Shown: positions 28,069 to 36,303 of the stretch, piece by piece
Position numbering within the stretch: position 1 is the first letter of the stretch
How the letters are laid out: every line of letters starts with the position of its first letter
From: Gemmatimonadota bacterium
GTDB taxonomy: Bacteria > Gemmatimonadota > Gemmatimonadetes > Gemmatimonadales > Gemmatimonadaceae
Assembly (NCBI GenBank): GCA_031372565.1
Contig: JANMLN010000171.1
Span: 1 to 36,303 of the forward strand
Direction: 5' to 3'
Length of the DNA: 36,303 nucleotides
Notes under the pieces: model-generated
What the model was told of the DNA's origin: nothing
Seen by the model: only the letters and a program-made list of their open reading frames with translations
The model's database searches: none
Program-made: the position numbers and the translations under genes

Positions 28069-29289
28069 ATGCCGCGAGTCATGGTCATCGGCGCTGGCGC
28101 GGCAGGTTGCATGGCCGCGATCTTCGCGGCAAGCGCGGGCGCCGAGGTGGTGCTCGTCGAGGGGACGCGCGACGGTGGTCGCAAGATCCTCATCAGCGGC
28201 GGCGGACGGTGCAACGTGCTGCCGTCGCGACTCGACGAATCGCGCTTCATCACGGACTCGTCGCCCAACCTGCTCCGCAAGATGGTGCGCGCGTGGCCGC
28301 TGGCCGAACAGCGCGCCTTCTTCGAGACGACGCTCGGCATTCCGCTCGAGGAAGAGGTGGAGTCAGTCAAGCTCTTTCCGGCTTCGCACAAGGCGCGCGA
28401 CGTGCGGGACGGCCTCATGGCCCACGCGCGCGCGTCGGGCGTGACGCTGCGCATGGAGACGCGCGTGACGGCGCTCGCCGCACAGGACGGCGCGTGGACG
28501 GCCACCCTCGACCACGCTGATGCGCTCACGGCCGATGCGGTCATCGTCGCGACCGGAGGATTCTCGGTGCCGAACACTGGTTCGGACGGCGCTGGGCTCG
28601 ACTGGCTCGTTGGCCTCGGTCACACGCTGCACCCGACCTACGCTGCACTCACACCGATCACCGCCGAACCGTCGTCATTCTCCGAACTCTCGGGCGTCTC
28701 GCTGCGTGTGACGCTCACGGCCACGAGTGCCGCGCGAAAAGCCAAGGCCACCGGCGGCTTCCTCTTCACGCATCAGGGGTACAGCGGCCCGGCGGCGCTC
28801 AACGTGTCGCATGTCCTCGTGCGTGCGCGGGCCGAGCGGATGGCTGCCACGCTGCGCGCGCAATGGACGTCGCTCGATGCGGCGGCGTGGACCGCAGCGC
28901 TCGCACCGGCTGGGGCGCGCACGGTGATGGGCGCGCTGCGCGCCGAGCTGCCCGACCGGCTGGCGTCCGTGTTGGTCGCCCGGGCGGATGTGGAACCCAC
29001 ACGCTCGTTGGCCGAACTCCGTCGTGATGAACGGCTGCGCCTCATCGACACGCTCGTCAATGGCGAGTTGCCGTGGAGCGGCGACGAGGGCTACAAGAAG
29101 GCGGAAGTGACCGGCGGCGGCATCGCGCTCGGCGACGTGCATCCCGCGACCATGGAGAGCCGCCGACACGCCGGGCTCTACCTCTGCGGCGAAGTACTCG
29201 ACGCGTTCGGACCGATCGGCGGGTACAACTTCTGCTGGGCGTGGGCCACGGGACGCGCGGCGGGGCTTGGCGCCGCAGGCGTGACGTGA
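28069..29289 (+). CDS. HI0933/YhiN (BaiN-like) family flavoprotein
   Basis: 'VIGAGAAG' Rossmann motif, 'GRKILISGGGRCNV', 'ATGG.S.P.TGSDG', 'LFTH.GYSGPA', 'A.VTGGG', 'GLYLCGE.LD..G.IGGYN...AW.TG'. GGAGG ribosome-binding site. Confidence 0.93.
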   Translation: MPRVMVIGAGAAGCMAAIFAASAGAEVVLVEGTRDGGRKILISGGGRCNVLPSRLDESRFITDSSPNLLRKMVRAWPLAEQRAFFETTLGIPLEEEVESVKLFPASHKARDVRDGLMAHARASGVTLRMETRVTALAAQDGAWTATLDHADALTADAVIVATGGFSVPNTGSDGAGLDWLVGLGHTLHPTYAALTPITAEPSSFSELSGVSLRVTLTATSAARKAKATGGFLFTHQGYSGPAALNVSHVLVRARAERMAATLRAQWTSLDAAAWTAALAPAGARTVMGALRAELPDRLASVLVARADVEPTRSLAELRRDERLRLIDTLVNGELPWSGDEGYKKAEVTGGGIALGDVHPATMESRRHAGLYLCGEVLDAFGPIGGYNFCWAWATGRAAGLGAAGVT

Positions 29290-30173
29290 TGCTGCGATCT
29301 GCGCTCCTGCTTGCGTGCGCGGCCACCGTGGCCGGTGCGCAAATCACCTACGCGCCGACGGCGGCGGCGGAGCAGTGCCTCTCCGCGCTCCCCGCCACTT
29401 CGTACGCGCGCGTCTCGGTGTTCGCGGTACCGACCGTCGCGGATACGACGCAGCGCGCGATCGTGCCGCAAGCCGCGCTCGTGCTGCAGTCCGCGATCGA
29501 GTTTGCGCGCACGAGCGCCGGACTGCCATCGGATTCGCTCCCCGCCGGCGAACCCGACCGCTCGTGGCGGCAGTTGGATCACGATCTCGTGCTGGTGGCA
29601 CACCGCGACGGGCGCCTCGCCTGGCGCGTGAGCGACAATACCGGCGGCATCACGCGCGGCGACGGTGGCGCGCGCTGGCTGGAACGCGCGCTCGCGACGG
29701 CGCGCGCGGCGAACGAAGCCTTCCTCGCCTGGCCAGACGGACTGCGCGGTGACTCGGCGGTGGTACGCGTGAGCTTCGTACGGCCGTACATCGATGAACG
29801 CGGCGTGCTGCAGCCGGCACGTACCGAGTATCCGGTGGCGACGTTCACCGTGCTCGTGCCGCGCGAACGGCTGGTGGAGCAGCTGCGCGCCCCCCGTCCG
29901 CGCTATCCGGAGGACGAACTCCGGTCGCTCGGCATGGCGCGCGTGGTCATGCAGTTCGTCGTGGACACGGTCGGCGGCATCGACCCTGCATCGATTCGCG
30001 ACCTGCGCTCGGAGCCATCCGAATCGGCGACCAACGCGAGTGCACGCGCGTATCTCGAGTTCCTTCGAAGCGTGCGGCTTGCCATCGAGAGCGCCCGGTA
30101 CGCGCCCGCGCGGGCCGGCGGGTGCCTGGTGCCAGCGCTCGTCCAGCAGCGGTTCGAGTTTCGAGCCCGCTGA
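29289..30173 (+). CDS. Exported protein with C-terminal TonB-C-like domain
   Basis: ATG overlaps the upstream TGA. Signal peptide ending 'AGA|Q'. C-terminal 'PRYP..L...G..RVVMQFVVDT.G.ID...ARYAPAR..G..V..LVQQRFEF' fits the TonB C-terminal pattern. Confidence 0.65.
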   Translation: MLRSALLLACAATVAGAQITYAPTAAAEQCLSALPATSYARVSVFAVPTVADTTQRAIVPQAALVLQSAIEFARTSAGLPSDSLPAGEPDRSWRQLDHDLVLVAHRDGRLAWRVSDNTGGITRGDGGARWLERALATARAANEAFLAWPDGLRGDSAVVRVSFVRPYIDERGVLQPARTEYPVATFTVLVPRERLVEQLRAPRPRYPEDELRSLGMARVVMQFVVDTVGGIDPASIRDLRSEPSESATNASARAYLEFLRSVRLAIESARYAPARAGGCLVPALVQQRFEFRAR

Positions 30174-30274
30174 GGCGCCCGGCCGGCACGATCTCGGCGA
30201 TTCGCGCTAGGTAAGGTGACGAGCAACGCGTGCACGCGTGCGCTCGCCTCGGTTCCCCCCCGCGGAGCGCGATC

Positions 30275-30889
30275 ATGCCTGCACGCACTCGCACGCCGGC
30301 GGCACCCTCGACACGGGCGCTCGCCACCCTGCTGACGCGAATCCGCGCATGCACGATCTGCGCCGAGCACTTGCCGCACGGACCGCGTCCTGTCGTGCAA
30401 GCCGATGTGCGCGCCCGCATCCTCATCGCCGGGCAGGCACCCGGTCGGCGCGTGCACGCATCAGGTATCCCGTTCGACGATGCCAGTGGCGATCGACTGC
30501 GTGACTGGATGGGCGTTGATCGTGACACCTTCTACGATGCCGCACAGGTCGCCATCCTGCCCATGGGTTTCTGCTATCCCGGGACCGGGGCAAGCGGCGA
30601 CTTGCCTCCGCGCCCCGAGTGCGCCCCCGCGTGGCGCGCCCCGCTGCTGGCGCAACTGCCGAACCTCCAGCTGACGCTGTTGCTCGGCCAGTACGCGCAG
30701 GCGTATCACCTGCCCGGCGCAACGAAGACCGTCACGGAGACCGTGCGCGCGTGGCGTGCTGGGTGGCCGGCGGTGCTGGCACTCCCGCACCCGAGCCCAC
30801 GCAATCAGGGGTGGTTCGCCGCGAACGGCTGGTTCGCGGACGAGGTCCTGCCTGCGCTGCGGAAGCGTGTGCGCGCCGTCCTGCGGTAA
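30275..30889 (+). CDS. Uracil-DNA glycosylase superfamily protein
   Basis: 'IRACTICA', 'ILIAGQAPG', 'PFDDASGDRLRDWMG', 'PMGFCYPG', 'DLPPRPECAP', 'LPHPSPRN'. GGAG upstream of ATG 30275. Confidence 0.92.
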   Translation: MPARTRTPAAPSTRALATLLTRIRACTICAEHLPHGPRPVVQADVRARILIAGQAPGRRVHASGIPFDDASGDRLRDWMGVDRDTFYDAAQVAILPMGFCYPGTGASGDLPPRPECAPAWRAPLLAQLPNLQLTLLLGQYAQAYHLPGATKTVTETVRAWRAGWPAVLALPHPSPRNQGWFAANGWFADEVLPALRKRVRAVLR

Positions 30890-30899
30890 CTTGCACGGC

Positions 30900-31763
30900 G
30901 TGAGACGCATACTTCCCTGGCTGCTGCGCGGCGCACTGCTCAGTCCGCTCGTCGCATGGACCGCGCGGGCCCAGGTCGCGGCCCCCGCCGAGCGCGTGCC
31001 CACCGTGCCCACCGGGAGCGTCGCCGTGCACGTGGTGCCAGACAGATCCCTCGGGCGCACGCGAAAGGTGTGGGTCTATACGCCGCCAGGTTACAACCCG
31101 CGCCGTTCGACGCCGTACCCGCTGATCATCGCGTTCGGCGCTGCCCGGTATCGCGACTCCATGCCGCTGGCCCGCGTGCTTGACTCACTCGTGGGCCTGG
31201 GACGGACCCCTGCCATGGTGGCGGTGCTTGTCGAGGATGCCGATGTGGCATCGCCGCGCGCGCAATCCGGCAATGCCGATCGCGGGCCGGCGTTCGTGGG
31301 CCGCGCACTGGTGCCGTGGGTGCGCCGTCGGTGGCAGGTGACGCGCGATCCGGCGCGCACGATCGCGATGGGCGCCAGCGCAGATGGATGGGCGGCCGCG
31401 CATCGGGCGCTCATGCGGCCGGATCTCGTGGGCAACGTGTTCGCCCAGAGTGGCGTGTTCGGACGTGGGCCCGACGGCGCCAACGTTCCACCCTTCGAGT
31501 GGCTCACGCAGCGCGTGGGATTGTTGCCGAAGGCGCGTGTGCGCTTCATTCTCGATGTCGGGGAGCACGAGGACCGCACTCCATCGGATAGTGACGGCCC
31601 GAACCTTCGGGATGCCACCCGGCGCTTTCGCGATGCGCTCATCGCGCGCGGCTACGAGGCGATCCTGGTAGACGTTGCCGGCGGCTCACACGACGAGCGG
31701 TCGTGGCGGCCGCGCGTCGGTGCCGGCGTGCTGGCATTGAGCGCGCTCTGGCCCTCCCCGTAA
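30900..31763 (+). CDS. Exported alpha/beta-hydrolase, enterochelin-esterase (Fes)-like, with atypical nucleophile elbow
   Basis: 'R.VWVYTPPGY', 'YPL', 'LVPWVR', 'GASADG' (where GxSxGG is expected), 'QSG', 'LDVG..E', 'GGSHD..SW'. GTG start at 30900. Confidence 0.78.
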   Translation: MRRILPWLLRGALLSPLVAWTARAQVAAPAERVPTVPTGSVAVHVVPDRSLGRTRKVWVYTPPGYNPRRSTPYPLIIAFGAARYRDSMPLARVLDSLVGLGRTPAMVAVLVEDADVASPRAQSGNADRGPAFVGRALVPWVRRRWQVTRDPARTIAMGASADGWAAAHRALMRPDLVGNVFAQSGVFGRGPDGANVPPFEWLTQRVGLLPKARVRFILDVGEHEDRTPSDSDGPNLRDATRRFRDALIARGYEAILVDVAGGSHDERSWRPRVGAGVLALSALWPSP

Positions 31764-31858
31764 GTGCCAGGTCGTGGCCCGTCGCGGGCCAGATCGTCCG
31801 AACGGCCCGCCGGCGTGTAGACTCCATCAGCACGCGTCACGCATTCCGGGAGCGGCAA

Positions 31859-32167
31859 ATGGGCAAGCACTATGTGTTGATGGGATCGGACGGCGTGCCG
31901 TTCGATAGTGAGATCCCGGGCGAGATCGGCGGAAATGGTGCCGACAAGATCTACGGACGTCTCGATTGTCCGTCGGGCACGCGTGCCGCCGCCAAGGCGG
32001 ACGGCCTGTACCGTTCCCACCGGGTCTTCTTCTCCGATGAGTCCACGGCGATCGCGGCGGGCTTTCGCCCGTGCGGCGCCTGCATGAAACCGCAGTACGC
32101 ATTCTGGAAGTATGGCCCGCAGCCCGGACTGCCCTTCCCCTGGCGGAAGCGACCGCGCGCTGGCTGA
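31859..32167 (+). CDS. Stand-alone Ada metal-binding (N-Ada-like) domain protein, about 102 aa
   Basis: 'KIYGRLDCPS', 'RVFF.DE..AIAAGFRPCGAC'. GGGAG upstream of ATG 31859. Confidence 0.85.
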   Translation: MGKHYVLMGSDGVPFDSEIPGEIGGNGADKIYGRLDCPSGTRAAAKADGLYRSHRVFFSDESTAIAAGFRPCGACMKPQYAFWKYGPQPGLPFPWRKRPRAG

Positions 32168-32178
32168 CCAGCGGGCGC

Positions 32179-33188
<1,010 letters not shown>

Positions 33189-33216
33189 CGAACGTCGAAC
33201 TCCGCACGAAGGGCGC

Positions 33217-33645
33217 ATGATGCTGACGTACGTCTCGATGCTTGGTGCGGCACTCTTCGGCGTGCTCGCGCTCATCCACTTCGGCTGGGCCGCCACGGGG
33301 CGCGTACCCGCGGCGGTCGTGCCCACCAAGGGCGACGGCACGCGACTTTTCGAGCCGAAGCGGAGCGAGTCTGCGGTCGTCGGGAGCGCACTGCTGGTGG
33401 CGGCGTTCCTCCTGCTCCAGCGCGGGGGGGTGGGCCCGACCGTCCTGCCGCACTGGGCGCGCGCGACGGGCAGCGCGGTGATCGCGATCATGATGCTGCT
33501 GCGCGCGATCGGCGATCGACAGTACGTCGGCCTCTTCAAGCGTGTGCGGAAGAGTGTGTTCGGCCGTCTCGACACGGCGTACTACACGCCCCTGGTCATC
33601 CTGCTCGGGACGTTCGCCGGCCTGGTCGCGTTCCTCGGCCGCTGA
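33217..33645 (+). CDS. DUF3995-like membrane protein
   Basis: 'LIH..WA', several hydrophobic helices, 'LLRAIGD..YVGLFK......F...DT..YTPL'. Confidence 0.8.
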   Translation: MMLTYVSMLGAALFGVLALIHFGWAATGRVPAAVVPTKGDGTRLFEPKRSESAVVGSALLVAAFLLLQRGGVGPTVLPHWARATGSAVIAIMMLLRAIGDRQYVGLFKRVRKSVFGRLDTAYYTPLVILLGTFAGLVAFLGR

Positions 33646-33694
33646 TGGCGGATGCGGCTCAACAGCAGCGCGCTCGCGCGTTAGCTTGGGCTGC

Positions 33695-35428
33695 ATGTTG
33701 AGTCTTCGACCGCAGCGGTGCGCGGCACGGCTCGCCTTGACCGCGCTCCTCGCGTCCGCGTCATTCACGCCCGCGGCGCTCCGCGCCCAGGCGGCGGCCC
33801 CGGGGTCCCCGGTGCCGGCCAACGTGACGCTCGCGGTCATCAATGGCCGCGTCTGGACCGGCGACCCGGCGCAGCCGTGGGCCGAGGCCGTGGCGGTGGC
33901 CGGCGACCGCCTTGTGCTCGTGGGGACGAGCGCCGCGATCACGGCACGGGTGCCGAAGTCGGCGCGCGTGATCGACGCGAGGCGCGCGCTCGTCACTCCG
34001 GGCTTCATCGATGCGCACGTGCACTTCCTCGACGGCGGGCGGGCGCTGGAGTCGGTGCAGCTGCGCGATGCCTCCACGCGCGTCGAGTTCATCCGGAGCA
34101 TCGCCGCCCACGCGCGGCGCATCCCCAAGGGCGCGTGGATCACCAACGGCGATTGGGACCACCAGCTCTGGGGCGGGGAGCTACCGCAGCGCAGCGGGAT
34201 CGACTCCGTGACCCGCGACAACCCGGTCTGGATCAACCGCCTCGACGGCCACATGGAGCTCGCCAACACGGCGGCACTCACGGCGGCCAAGGTGGGCAGG
34301 TCGGTGACGAACATCGCGGGCGGCACCATCGTGCGCGACGCCAAGGGCGAGCTGACCGGCGTCTTCAAGGACAACGCCATGTCGCTCGTCGACCGCGCGG
34401 TGCCTGCGCGCACGGACGCGCAGTGGGAGTGGACGCTCGACACCGCGATGCGGCATGTGGCTGAGCGCGGCGTCACCACGGTGCGCCACGTGGGCGAGAG
34501 CGACGTGAGCAGCTGGACCGGGGTGAACACGATTCGCCGCGCACACGACCAGCACCGGCTGATCACGCGGGTCATCGCCTACACGCCGCTCGAGAAGTGG
34601 CAGCGACTCCGCGACGAAGTGGCGAAGCGCGGTCGCGGGGATGACTGGTTCCGGCTCGATGGCCTCAAGGGATTCGTGGACGGATCGCTGGGCTCGCACA
34701 CGGCGGCCATGTTCCGTCCGTTCAGCGATACCCCACGGGACTCGGGCTTCTTCGTGACGCCACCCGACAGCCTGTACGCGTGGACGAAGGGAGCCGATGC
34801 GGCCGGGCTGCATGTCACCGTCCACGCGATCGGCGATCGCGCGATCCGGACGCAGCTCGACATCTACGAGCGCGTCGCGAAGGAGAACGGTCCGAAGGAC
34901 CGGCGATTCGCGATCGAGCATGCCCAGCACGTGGCTCCGACCGACTTCGCGCGTTTCGCCACGCTGGGAGTGGTTGCCAGCATGCAGCCCTATCACGCCA
35001 TTGACGACGGACGCTGGGCCGACAAGGTCATCGGCGCCGAGCGTGCCAAGGGCACGTACGCCTTCAAGTCGTTCCTCGATGCCGGCGCCACGCTCGCGTT
35101 CGGCAGCGACTGGTTCGTGGCACCCCCCACGCCACTCGAGGGGCTTCAGGCGGCCGTCACGCGCCGCACACTCGACGGCAGGCATCCCGGCGGCTGGGTG
35201 CCGGCGCAGAAGATCACGCTCGAGCAGGCGCTCACCGCCTACACGCGGGGCGCGGCGTACGTCGCGTTCATGGACACGAAGGTCGGCATGCTCAAGGCCG
35301 GCATGCTGGCCGACATTGTCGTGCTCGATCGTGACCTGTTTGCGGTGCAGCCCGAGACCATCGCTGACGCGAAGGTGCGCTTCACGATCGTCGGCGGCCG
35401 CATCGTGCACGAGCGGCCGGCCCGGTAG
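33695..35428 (+). CDS. Secreted amidohydrolase (YtcJ-like, Amidohydro_3)
   Basis: Signal peptide, 'PGFIDAHVH', 'WDHQLWGG.LP', 'RLDGHM', 'LKGFVDGSLGSHTA', 'HAIGD', 'IEHAQH', 'SMQPYH', 'FGSDW'. Confidence 0.93.
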   Translation: MLSLRPQRCAARLALTALLASASFTPAALRAQAAAPGSPVPANVTLAVINGRVWTGDPAQPWAEAVAVAGDRLVLVGTSAAITARVPKSARVIDARRALVTPGFIDAHVHFLDGGRALESVQLRDASTRVEFIRSIAAHARRIPKGAWITNGDWDHQLWGGELPQRSGIDSVTRDNPVWINRLDGHMELANTAALTAAKVGRSVTNIAGGTIVRDAKGELTGVFKDNAMSLVDRAVPARTDAQWEWTLDTAMRHVAERGVTTVRHVGESDVSSWTGVNTIRRAHDQHRLITRVIAYTPLEKWQRLRDEVAKRGRGDDWFRLDGLKGFVDGSLGSHTAAMFRPFSDTPRDSGFFVTPPDSLYAWTKGADAAGLHVTVHAIGDRAIRTQLDIYERVAKENGPKDRRFAIEHAQHVAPTDFARFATLGVVASMQPYHAIDDGRWADKVIGAERAKGTYAFKSFLDAGATLAFGSDWFVAPPTPLEGLQAAVTRRTLDGRHPGGWVPAQKITLEQALTAYTRGAAYVAFMDTKVGMLKAGMLADIVVLDRDLFAVQPETIADAKVRFTIVGGRIVHERPAR

Positions 35429-35442
35429 GGAGGCCGCCGCCC

Positions 35443-36153
35443 ATGAACTGGGTTCAGGTCGCTGCCCATCTCGTCGCGCTCGCCGCACTCGAGCTGTTGC
35501 GGCAGCTGTTCGGCATAAAGGTCTGGATCGGTTTGCTGATCGCGACGCCGATCGTGTCGTTCGCCGTCGTGCGCCTCGTGCGCGAGCAACGGCGCAGCCG
35601 GATCCGGGCCGTGGCGCAGTTGACCCCCGATGCGCGCGAGGCGGCGCTCGCGCGCATGTCCGACGACGAGCGCGCGGCCGCTCGGCTCAAGCTGGGCATG
35701 GCGTCGCGTGAGGATGCGGCAACGCTGCCCGAGGGCGAGCTCTTCCGCTATCCGCCGACCCCGTGGCTGTTGCGTGAAGGCACGTTCTGGGTGTCGGTCC
35801 TCGGCGCGGTGGTCGCATTCTCGGCCGTCTTCCTCAACTGGAATCGCACGGCCTTTGCGTGGGTGGTCGGCCTCTTTCTCACTGCCAACATCGGCTACCA
35901 GGCGCGCATGTGGGACTCCGACCTCGCCACCGTCCGCCTGAGCGCGGACGGCATCGAGGAAGTGGCCGGCGACGGCACGCGCACGCTCATCCGCTGGTAC
36001 GAAGTGGCGGGGGTGCGCTACCAGCGTTGGATCGCCTGCCTCGACATCGTGGCCACGGGCGACGCGCGCAGGATTCGCGTGCGCTACACGCTGGAAGGGT
36101 TCTCGCGATTTGCCGAGCGGCTGGCGGCGTTTCTCAAGACCTCGCGGAGCTGA
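35443..36153 (+). CDS. Hypothetical membrane protein; 3-4 TM segments and a possible C-terminal PH-like domain
   Basis: GGAGG ribosome-binding site, hydrophobic helices, C-terminal 'VRLSADGI...IRWYEV..V' pattern reminiscent of bacterial PH-like domains. Confidence 0.7.
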   Translation: MNWVQVAAHLVALAALELLRQLFGIKVWIGLLIATPIVSFAVVRLVREQRRSRIRAVAQLTPDAREAALARMSDDERAAARLKLGMASREDAATLPEGELFRYPPTPWLLREGTFWVSVLGAVVAFSAVFLNWNRTAFAWVVGLFLTANIGYQARMWDSDLATVRLSADGIEEVAGDGTRTLIRWYEVAGVRYQRWIACLDIVATGDARRIRVRYTLEGFSRFAERLAAFLKTSRS

Positions 36154-36160
36154 GCCCCTC

Positions 36161-36250
36161 GTCGTCCTGAGCGCAGCGAAGGACCTGCTTGTCGTCCTGA
36201 GCGCAGCGAAGGACCTGCTTGTCGTGCAGAGAGCCGCGAAGGACCAGCGT
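36161..36250 (+). repeat. Tandem array of a 30-bp REP-like unit: two exact copies plus one degenerate copy
   Basis: GTCGTCCTGAGCGCAGCGAAGGACCTGCTT at 36161-36190 and 36191-36220. Degenerate GTCGTGCAGAGAGCCGCGAAGGACCAGCGT at 36221-36250. Begins 8 nt after the upstream stop codon. Confidence 0.9.
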
Positions 36251-36303
36251 GAGGCCGGTTGGAGCGAAAAACAGGTGCGACGCAGCGGGCCGGACGCCAG
36301 CCG

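Noticed and set aside
36161..36250. Possible CRISPR array
   Set aside because: Units abut with no spacers, no cas genes are present, and the same unit occurs singly at 18398-18427.

Overview
High-GC (roughly 70% by eye) bacterial DNA, most consistent with a Gemmatimonadota genome; the taxonomy is inferred from gene families and composition only. I call 22 protein-coding genes and no rRNA, tRNA, CRISPR array or transposase. Left end: a MacAB-type ABC export operon (partial ADOP-type permease, adaptor, ATPase). The main feature is a translationally coupled two-gene unit on the minus strand. It encodes a 4,504-aa secreted protein (signal peptide, N-terminal head domain, 23 DUF11-type Ig-like repeats with a Lys/Asp/Asn isopeptide-type triad, SdrD-B-like and Ig-like domains, and a ~820-aa predicted outer-membrane beta-barrel region) and an OmpA-C peptidoglycan-binding protein. 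This is a candidate self-contained adhesin display system. One stalk repeat (no. 17) has lost all triad residues together. To the right lie three PLP enzymes (IlvE, a class V enzyme with a KR-type Tat-like signal, and a kinase/M23/class III fusion), two secreted amidohydrolases, several repair and housekeeping genes, and a light-dependent protochlorophyllide oxidoreductase outside any photosynthesis cluster. A 30-bp REP-like repeat occurs at 18.4 kb and as a tandem array at 36.2 kb. Recurrent TANNNT -10 boxes suggest several leaderless transcripts.
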